Source: Bugula neritina (Eukaryota > Animalia > Bryozoa). Taken from it: a stretch of DNA of 64,000 bases. Positions 54,501 to 64,000 of the stretch are shown here, piece by piece (positions within the stretch are counted from its first letter, which is position 1; each line of letters starts with the position of its first letter). The stretch spans positions 14,073,133 to 14,137,132 of the forward strand of contig OZ037771.1 of assembly GCA_964035545.1 (NCBI GenBank). The letters run 5' to 3'. The translations under genes and the position numbers were made by a program. Below the pieces are notes generated by a model that ran no database searches, was not told where the DNA came from, and saw only the letters and a program-made list of their open reading frames with translations.

Positions 54501-56165
54501 AATAAAGATAATGAAAAAAATGCTATAGTTGCTAATTAGCTAATATTACTTGCATATGATGCAAATATTTGTATGCATGCATGTTTAGTTCATTAGCATT
54601 GGTTAGATATAATTGAATATATAGATTTGATGTGGAAATTGAAGAAAATCAATATGTTGTGTTCTATATACAACAACATTTTACATTGGTTTGTTAATTA
54701 CTTCATAAATCATTTATTACTTCGTGCAATATTTGTTCCTGCAACTTTGCAGAGTGGCAAAATGCATTTCAAAGACATATATTAAGTGATTTTAATTATA
54801 CTAGAATTTTCAAACTAAGAATTTTTGGGGAGTTTTCTTCTTCCTAAGACATATGTGGCAATTGAACACATAATAAGTTGTGGGCCACAACTCCTTTATA
54901 CAATCTTGCAAGAAATTATGCAGCCATATAAATAGAAAAGGAATTATTGAATTTATTTATTCAACATTATTAGTATTTTATAAATATTTGTTGCATTTAA
55001 TTAATGAGCATAAAATTTGTCTTACAAATACTGTAATTAACAGCATGGTAAAAATATATTATATATACTGGTATATATTTTGTATTGTATTAGATTTAGG
55101 CTACATTTCTAATTAAAATGAGTTAATGGCTAAGTTTAAATATCTTCGACTTATAGATTACATTTTTATGTGCTATAAAAATTTAACTCGTTTGTTACGA
55201 CATTTCTACATGCATAAAAGCAAAACTTACGGCAAGAAATCCTTAGCTAGAAAGATAAATAATAATTTACTTTAATTACATCAAAAGCTAATATCAGCAA
55301 GCATTCTATAAATAATGGTAATTTACCTAGTGTAATTTTTCTTAAACTAGCTAAGCTTGCTTGGTACTTTAATAAGTTTATTGGCATAGTGTATTATGTT
55401 ATACTTATATATTTTTAAGGCTTTAAGGAAAATGATGTTTTAGCTGTGTTATTCCTAATGCAAGCCTTATAAATTTACAATATATTATATTAAAATAATA
55501 TATTTGTAATTAGAAAGAAAACAAATTACTTTCATAAACTTATAATTATTGCATTCTGTTATTGTTAATGCTAGAATAACAAATTGAACACGGCATATGC
55601 TTCCCTAACCAGATGCTTTTAAACGGATTAAAAATAATTTGTCAATTTCTAATTATGAGGAACAAACTCCTCGATAGTTTCTACATTTGCGCATGATTTT
55701 ATCAAGATAGGCTTGCTTTTGTGTCAACCTGTAGCCAGTGCAACTATACTTTATGTGACGAGTAAAACAGACTCATTTCAAAGTACACAGTCTAAAGGGT
55801 AGGAATTACTACAAAGAAAAGTGCCGGTTAAAAGTTAATTATAATTGGAAATAAGGTGAAATATCAGTCAGAAATTAAAAAGTGTCAACTAAAAAGGTGT
55901 ATTGTTGTTTCTTTTTGGCTTAATGAAACTGTTTTTTGAGGAAGAAGTACGAGAAACATCTAGGAGGGGTTCATATCCACCACTGGCGACTACCTGTTTA
56001 TTGATGAAGAACTATCCAATGATAGTACAGTATTATGGTCTTTTGCCTTATAATTGGCTTTGACTTTTTTATGTCTAATTACGAGATACTAAACAGATGC
56101 AAAGTATGTTGTGCATAGGCAGTTTTTTTATGTCTCTAAACAACATTCTAGGAAAATATATACTG
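51598..56165 (+). repeat. Tandem duplication unit 2 (contains the foldback insertion)
   Basis: Near-identical to 48491-51597 apart from 52480-53943. Confidence 0.95.
52480..53943. mobile_element. 1.46 kb foldback (MULE-like) non-autonomous element
   Basis: Absent from unit 1 (empty site attatgctaaactaatggcc at 49361). GG..CC ends. 16-bp ccgaaggyccattagt repeats, 6 at the left and 3 inverted at the right. ~430-480 bp near-perfect inverted arms. Imperfect TSD gctataat/gctaaact. Confidence 0.9.
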
Positions 56166-58386
56166 CAATTACCGGGGAAAGAGCGGCCAAGTGGGTACGG
56201 TATGACTCATTTGCATCTCCGATGAACCCTCAGATAATAAACTATGGTTGTGTTGGAAACTCCAAACTCTTAGTGTGTCCACACCAACAAGATGGAGAAG
56301 CTGTGTGAGTTGATATCACTCAATGTGCCATGTATAGCCTTTAAGAAATCATTTAAATGTTTTTTATTTGTAAAAAGAAATATTTCTGATCTTGGATTTT
56401 GATAATTAACGTGAGTGTTTAATTTTCATAAATATTTTACTTTAAAAAGCTATATAAATTTAGTCTTCAATTTCAAAAATTGTAGACATCTAATGTTGAA
56501 CTCGGACACCGGAGTGGAGTACGATACGGCAGGATATGACACGTTACGTAATGTCAGCATGCCAATTCTGACTAAAGATAATCTTGTGTTTGCTGTCAAT
56601 GGTTCACACGCTTCTCTGGTTGATCCCATAAACAATGACTCATACATTACCAAACTACCCATAGAAAATCCTCAAGGAGTGCATAGGTAAGGAGTTATCT
56701 CTCTTTTTGTTATTCTACTGAAAATGTAGTCAATAAAATATAGTGGTGTTTCTATTGCAATGAAATTTATTAAACTATAAATAATGTTAAAATAATTGCT
56801 AGATGCAACACAAAGCTTGGAGTTTGGTGGGGTTTGATCTTTGGGGTTGGGTGACAAGCTTTGTCTACTGCACTCAATGGCTCCAAGCTGTGTGCTGCAT
56901 CTAAAGATTTCCCAATGTCAATCATGTTTTAGTCTTCTTTTAAATCAGCAGTTATTTATAAACAATTACTTAAACTTTTATTGTAATAATAATAAACTTT
57001 TACTAATAATATGGTTTGTTATCTTGCATATAAAAATCAATGACATGTGCGACAATTAGTCACTATGAAAAGCAGTAAGCTGTAATATGACTTCAGAATA
57101 AAATGCTAATAGAAACAACGTGATGCTAAATCTATACAGTTTGAAAGTCTATAGTTGGCAAGTTAAGAAGTACGTCTGCTGCTAGATTTATTTCATCTGT
57201 ATTTTCAACTATTTTCTAGTCCAATCTACTTGCCGGAGCTCGACTTCTTTGTAATCTTTGGCAACTTCAGTACATCACATTCTATATATAAGATTACTAA
57301 AGGAATAAATGGAATGGCTGGTAGGTGATTGATTTCCTGTTTCTTACTATTGTATTGTTTTTCATTTTAAGTAAACTTATAAATTGTAATGGTGGAATAA
57401 CACTGTCAACATAAGAGCAATGCTGAATTAATGAAAAACATTGCATTTATAATTGTTTTTAGGTTAAAAGCCTATTTTTATGTAAATGTTTGATTTGAAT
57501 CTTACAGAACTTGACCTTTTGACAACCTTTACGGTGGAAAAAGCAGGTAAAAAGTGTCCATGGCTACCAATGACCAAAGTGACCACCAATGGGAACAGAG
57601 CTTACTTCTACGCCTATCAAATAAATGTAAGTATATAAGGCAGCATACATTTTATTGACAGTGAACATGTTTTAGGCCATATTTGAGCAATAAATAGCAC
57701 ATGGAATAGTCACTGATGAATCAGTTTTAATTAATGATAATTGCATGACTATAAAGTTAGAAATACAACAAATAATTTTATAAAGCTTCCATAAAAAACT
57801 AAATACTGTACTATTTTTTTACCAATTAGCATAATGTGTATCAGATATTATTTCATCAGTTTGAAAAGTAAATCAGCACATACATATTAGTCTCACAAAG
57901 GTTTTGGTTTAGGCCATGAGATTATATTGCAACATGTAATATACTACTGTACTGTAAGATATTATACTGTACCATACTACAGGAGATTGATGGTATAGTG
58001 GCAGTTGAGTTTATGGAGGAAGATCTGGGAAGTCTCGGATGAAGAGGGATCTCAGGTTCTAGTGAGCAGCAGACGTCATGACGTGAAGGCAGATGATAAC
58101 TGCACTGTCATTCCTCAAATTGACCCAGACTATTCAATATTTCCACCAAGTAAGCCTCCACTACGTAGTATCATAAAATAACCTACAATGTATCTGATTT
58201 ATTAATGACGCAGAATTTGATGACATAATAATCGGGATTCCCAATGCTTTATCATAAGTATTGTCTGTTGGTATTTCCACTATTTTGTATTTTATAATTA
58301 CACTATATTACATTGCATGACATTCCACTGAAATGTACAAGACTACTTCAATGAGCAATTGTTTAGTTAAACGTCATGCTATAGCA

Positions 58387-58727
58387 CTGGGCTGTCCAAC
58401 AGGCGGCCCCAGGGCCGGATGTGGCCCCTAGCCTACATTTATGTGGCCTTCAAAGACATAAAACTAAAATTATTTTTCACAAGTATACATGAAATAAAAT
58501 GAAAAACTAACTTTTAAATGTCTTATTTATACACATGCTACAAAACATGCAGCCTATAGTAGTTCTTAGGACAATTATACTGTAATAATTCATGAGAATT
58601 TAAAATAGAGAAATTTGAACAATGCTGATGCTGTGACCCCCAGAGCGAGCTAAAGATTCTAATATGGCCCTTGTTATGAATATTCCCTTTCAGTGGCCCT
58701 TGGTCTGAAAAGGTTAGACGCAACTCC
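58387..58727. mobile_element. hAT-type MITE, intronic
   Basis: ctgggctgtccaac..cggcccc.gggccggatgtggcccc ... tggccc..aaaaggttagac ends typical of hAT MITEs. Imperfect 8-bp TSD ctatagca/ctaatgca. Confidence 0.65.
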
Positions 58728-60615
58728 CTAATGCACTATAGACTTATATAACTACTTTGTATAATAGTTGCACAAACTCAGCTAAAAATCAGCAATTGAA
58801 AATTTCACACCCATAAACCTTGATTACTTTCCCCCAAAGCATTGGGCATAGCATGTAGTAGGATTAGCTAGTTGAAAAACTACCAGCCTAATACTAAACT
58901 TTTTTTAAATAGCCTATTTTCATTTAGTTTATTGCCAATTTAGATAGTACTGCATACTTCTAAAAGTATTCTGCCAGTCAGTCAATAAGCACCATTCAGT
59001 TGTGAACTGGGAAACATAAACTTCTTTCATTGTGTTCACACAGTTGACCTGAATACTCAGATGTTAGCTACTCCAGATGGTTACGTGGTGGTGACAACTC
59101 CGGTGGGACTGCTGACAATGCAAGATCATGGTGACAGTGGCGAGCAGGTAGCCATTGCCCTGTTTGGTAAGCCATGTGCCCAGAATACCTACAGCATAAT
59201 TAATGTTTCCACATTTTCGACGCAATCTAGTTTAACAAGCTGTTTGTCTGTTCTTAAAACTACAGAAGATGTTGACAGTTGAATCTTGTACACTCTCATA
59301 TTCTGGAAGTTTTTTTCTGATGGCCTAAAATCTTTTAAAATTATGTATCTAAAATCGTTCTGCCTTAAAAAATGTTAACCGATAATGAAAGGTTTCCAAT
59401 AAAAATTTATGTTTACATTTTGCTAGGCGCCCATTACATTTCATTGGACAAGCCTGCAGATGAAGAGAAGAGACCACCAATTGTTTGGATGTCCGGTTGG
59501 TCGGTTTACCCACCCTTTAGGTAAAGTAATAAATTTGTTTAAACAGTAACTAATAATTCTGTATAGTTTGAAAATATAATTAATTAGCCTGCAATATACC
59601 TGATTTATGTTTGCTTCCATTGGAGTTGTATTTCCTTTTTACTGAAATATTATTCTGTAAATAGATATAATATAATAACAGATTGTTACATCAAAGCATC
59701 GACTATTACTGCCAAGTATAATATTGTGATTTACTTGTAGCAGGAGAATATAAACAAACAGACCAGCTGTTAGTACTTTTCATCTTATTAATACAGCCTT
59801 CAATCTATGCCCTGCAATAACCTGCTATAATTTGTATATCATAGATTTTCCATTTCTTACATGTAGGAAAAATTGCATACAAACTCTTATTAGGGTTCTA
59901 TTTAGTTTTTCATAATATTAATATAATTTTCCAATTATGCAATTAATTATTACCCGTGCAAATTTACCCTTAATATTTCTATTGTGCCAATTAACCAGTG
60001 CAGCTATAGTTTTACCTATATGTCATTTTTTACTAAATATGATAATAACAAGTTGAATTAGTAATATAGCTGGTGCCATACCCAAATGATGTAATTAATA
60101 AATGGTATGGTGATAAGAGCAACAATGTTATGTAATATTTGAATTGTCTCCCTTACACATGTAGTCACTGTAAGTGCTGGTAATGAGTGTAAAAAACTTA
60201 TGAATCACTAAGTGTATATGAGAAGATAGTTTAAGGTAGAAATGTTTAACATTTACAAATATGTTACAAAACATTATCACATAGTAGATAATAATAGTAA
60301 AACAAATATCAATAAAATAGTATAAACACACCTAATAATGAAGCTATATACTGTAGTTATATACTGAAGTTTATTTTCTAACAGTCTCAAAAATTCTATT
60401 ATGTAGATAATATTCTAAACAGATATGGCTCTTGATAAAAGCATAGAAACTAATTGCATATATCATAAAAATAAGATAACTCTAATTATGTTCAACACAT
60501 CTTTCTGATGGGAACTAACATGTGCTGCTAGTGAGTTGATATAAAGTTTGTAACTTTGCTAGATAGACTTCATTTGTGGAAAACATTCACTTCAGGTGGA
60601 CGTTACACAGAAAAG

Positions 60616-62594
60616 ATGTACTGATGGTACATAGCTGTAAGTATAATTTATATTTTCAATAACACTCAAAGTTCATTACTTCCTTTATATTTTGAAATTT
60701 TAACCATTAAGCATATATATATTGTGAATATCATAATAATAATATATGTTTTAGATTTTGCTGGTAGTCTGTGGACAGACAACTGCTGATAGGGATAATG
60801 AAACAAGGTAAGTGTAGACTACATGGTTATGTTGATCTATATATACATATGAACTGTCTTTACACATAGTTTTATATGCAAGATATGTAATCATTAATGT
60901 TGCTATGGTTACGTGCCTTAATTTACTCTCTATATAATTATATTAATAATTAATTATTATATATTCATTATAAAGCAGCTATTTGTGTCAATTAATTTAG
61001 AATTGATTAAATATGAAAATATAGTTGAATTTTCCAAAAAATATTTACTGATTAAATTGTGAAATAGTTTTTATATGCAAATTAGAGCTTTTTGTGTTTA
61101 ATAAATTATAGCGCTGTTTAAGTATTAAAAACAGAAAATAGAGTTTATATAAAATAATATACTGTTTCATCATGATAAATACTACACAAAGCACATGCTT
61201 ACATTTTTATAGAACTTGAAATACTAGAAAATACAGCTAAAACTATTTTGTGCATCTCAAGTATATAAGGTACTAAGTCAAGAAAATGCATTGTTTTGGT
61301 TAGCAACACTTTGTTGGCTACTTTCATTTGCTATATAAGTTGATGAAATAGAACTTTGCATGTTTATGGATGAGGTAATCCAGTAATTTGTTTGCAATGC
61401 ATAGGAGTGTTTTATTATAACAGTAAAGTTGATGATCCACACATATCTAATTCACTTAATTCACTTTTATTGCATCAGCAAATAAAACTGATGTTTACAA
61501 TAAATTGGAATATTATGAATCAAATGCAGTAATGTAATTTATAATCCACATATAATTGTATATTATGTTTTATAATACTTTTAGAAGTTGTATACTAATA
61601 TGTTGCAAATATTATGTATATACTGCTGTGTGCCTGTTACTAATTACTACAGCCCATAATTCAATCATAGCCGCAGCTCAAATAAAATTGATAGTTAATA
61701 GATTGAAACATTTGCAATTGATTTGTCATCTTATTCATTGCAGCATATCTTTCAAGAATGCAGAACTGTTCTTTACAACTTCTTACACCACCTATCATAT
61801 GGAACTTGATAAATATAAGAATGATGGAAGCCTCCTCCTTGGTACTACCGCTGGTCTACTGACCACTGATGGGCAGACAACTTCAACTCTTGTGTCATCT
61901 TATGTAACAGGTTTCACACAACTCAATACGACTCATGTTATTTTGGTAGACCGTGGCAGTCACTGTATTAAACTGTTGACTAGAGAAGACAATAATATCA
62001 AAGTTATGGCAGGATCATGTGGTACCTATGGCTACAAAGAAGGAGGAGTAGGGGTGGGACAGTTGAAGTACCCCTGGGGAGTAAAGGTAGATGTTAGGAA
62101 CCCAGGAAAGCTATTAGTAACTGATGACAATAATAATGCTATAAGGTCTGTTGATATGAGGACAGGAGAACTGAGTAGAGTAATAAATACTGGGTTCAGT
62201 TATCCTAGAGGACTTCTCTGGGCTGGCAGACAGTTGCTAGTAGCTAATCATTATCATTACATATCACAAGTGAGCTGGGCCAGCAATGGAACAGTTACTA
62301 ACACTCTATTGGCTGGTTCAACAAGTAATGGTGATGTGATTGGCTCGTTTGACATTACTAGATTTATCAATCCTATTGATATTGAAGAAGTGACAGACAG
62401 TCTGTACCTGGTTGCTGACTATAATAGAAAACTCAAGCTAATGGATATGGAGAAGAGGATAGTTGGTCCAGTCTGCTTTAAAGGAGAAGATCCGTGTACA
62501 GAGAGTAGCTTGCTTCCTGATGGACCTCGGTCTTTGTTGAATGTGGGTGGAGCAATCTATGTTGGACTATTCCGGAATATCTATAAGTTGAGTG
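60616..62594 (+). CDS. NHL-repeat / six-bladed beta-propeller protein (exons 60616-60636, 60755-60807, 61744-62594; probably continues downstream); in-frame TGA at codon 3
   Basis: Large open exon with NHL-like motifs (VILVDRGSHCIK, AGSCGTYGYKEG, LKYPWGVKVD, LLVTDDNNNAIR, FSYPRGL, RFINPIDI, LYLVAD). Acceptor ttgcag at 61743 and donor GTGAGT at 62595. Upstream exons give MY*WYIAILLVVCGQTTA. Confidence 0.8.
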
Positions 62595-63054
62595 GTGAGT
62601 GAACACTATACATATATTACATTATGTAGTAAATATATGCAGGTGTACACTAGAGTTCAGTATATATTAAGCTATTTATATAAATGCATATAATATAATA
62701 CATATATAAACTATATATGTAGCAAAATATGCCATATTATATGTTGTAGTATGTAGTATATATAATATATAAATATACAATAACCGTGTAGAATATACAT
62801 ATTATATACAGTCCATATCTTACTATAATGCTATAATTAATATAGTGTATGTATAATGTACGTGTATATTAAACATCAATATCAATACTATAATATAACT
62901 ATATTATTGTCATAATAGGCCTGAGGAGTGCTAATGAAGCATGAAACTAATAGTAGCACAATAAAACAACATCCAATTAAATTGCGTTTTTTTCTTGATA
63001 ACATAATTGCTAAATATTGTACATATAATAATTTAAGCACTCTTTTATTTGCTG

Positions 63055-63085
<31 letters not shown>

Positions 63086-63098
63086 ATATATATATATA

Positions 63099-63186
<88 letters not shown>
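63055..63186. repeat. (TA)n microsatellite
   Basis: Seen directly. Confidence 0.95.
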
Positions 63187-63936
63187 TTAAAGCTACGCCT
63201 GCATGTTGAGGTTAGCTCAGATCTCTTATTAAATGTGCATAAGTTGGGATTACATATAATAAAATAATTTTCTAAAACACTTGCAACGTTTTGAGTTTGG
63301 GTTATAGCTGGGTGCATGGCTAATGATCTTCCAGTTGATTGTGTAGTTGGTTCCTCTGTTTTTTAAATACCATATGTGCTTGCTTAACTCTGTGACATTT
63401 CTGTATCTGTTGTGTTTAGAAGAGCAGGTATGGTTGTATAGGCACTTTTTAAAGTCCGTTTCACATAATCTGATGTATGTGTTGGAGCTGCTTGGTGATG
63501 TTATGGTGGCCTAGTAGATAATATCAGAGAGTAAGCACTTGCCATTCAGTGAGCAATTTGATTTCCTTATACAGTTGCAGGTTCTTTTGGTAATACTGCG
63601 GTGGTTTTTAGAGAGCAATTGTCGTTTGGTGAGCCAATTTTCTTTTGTTCTCCCTATTAATTTGGCACATTATGGTGGGCATGCAAGAATAGCTCAGTTT
63701 GAGGGTATTTCTACTAAATATTTTTCTTAAGGGATGCTTTGAGTGAAACACTTTGCCTATTATGTTGAGGAGTTGTCTTCCTATGTTGGTTGCAACGTGC
63801 TTGCTGCATAGGGCGGATTGAACCATATAATGTTCCTCTTTCTAAGTTTATTACAGGGTGTTTGTTGCTTCTCATTTTGTAATGTGAAGTTGTACCCATT
63901 CTTTTTTGGGACGCTTTGATAGATTTGTGCTTCACT
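63187..63936 (-). mobile_element. Penelope-like retroelement 3' fragment (linker plus GIY-YIG region), frameshifted
   Basis: RKRNIIWFNPPY, VATNIGRQLLNII..HPLRKIFSRNTLKLSYSCM, CNC..CSLNGKCL, TELSKHIWYLK and [13 protein letters not shown] tracts on both sides. Confidence 0.85.
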
Positions 63937-64000
63937 ATAATATATATATTTCACATATATAATTATTTCAGCAAAGGCTGCTACCAAAAAAGAAACTGAT

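Larger units (their letters stand above)
52363..59520 (+). pseudogene. Multi-exon gene for an uncharacterised, probably secreted beta-rich protein, frameshifted in one exon; 3' end not resolved
   Basis: Phase-compatible AG/GT exons: 52363-52415 (MDVYFILAFVFKVIELH, less certain), 56152-56304, 56486-56686, 57220-57320, 57508-57626, 57983-58149 (frameshift, TGA 58040-58042), 59044-59166 and 59427-59520. Several N-x-S/T sequons. Confidence 0.7.

Noticed and set aside
59804-59813. ctatgccctg as the partner TIR of CAGGGCATAA at 30439
   Set aside because: It is not followed by GAATAAAT and shows no subterminal similarity; likely chance.
61556-61743. N-terminal 62 aa and stop codon of the 348 aa ORF
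   Set aside because: This is AT-rich intron upstream of the acceptor at 61743. The ORF stop at 62600-62602 lies just after a GTGAGT donor and is probably intronic.
62928-63267. IY-repeat ORFs (also 46943-47152)
   Set aside because: Translation of (TA)n microsatellite.

Overview
AT-rich animal (probably invertebrate) genomic DNA with spliceosomal introns, dominated by nested transposons and duplications. Most ORF-track entries are spurious or transposon debris. The main structure is a ~19.9 kb non-autonomous DNA transposon (5158-25094). It has CCC...GGG ends, long AACGTT-rich subterminal arrays and a 2-3 bp target duplication, consistent with the CMC/EnSpm (CACTA) type. It splits an R4/Dong-type non-LTR retrotransposon, and an uninterrupted copy of that retrotransposon at 40303-43250 supplies the empty site. 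The large element carries decayed exons, a long inverted repeat, MITE relics and a ~59-bp satellite, but no transposase I could recognise. Further right are a ~5-6 kb segmental duplication and a 3.1 kb tandem duplication whose second copy holds a 1.46 kb foldback element. The window ends with a frameshifted multi-exon gene, an NHL beta-propeller gene with a stop codon in its putative signal peptide, and a Penelope-like fragment. No rRNA, tRNA or CRISPR array was recognised. All alignments and translations were done by eye.
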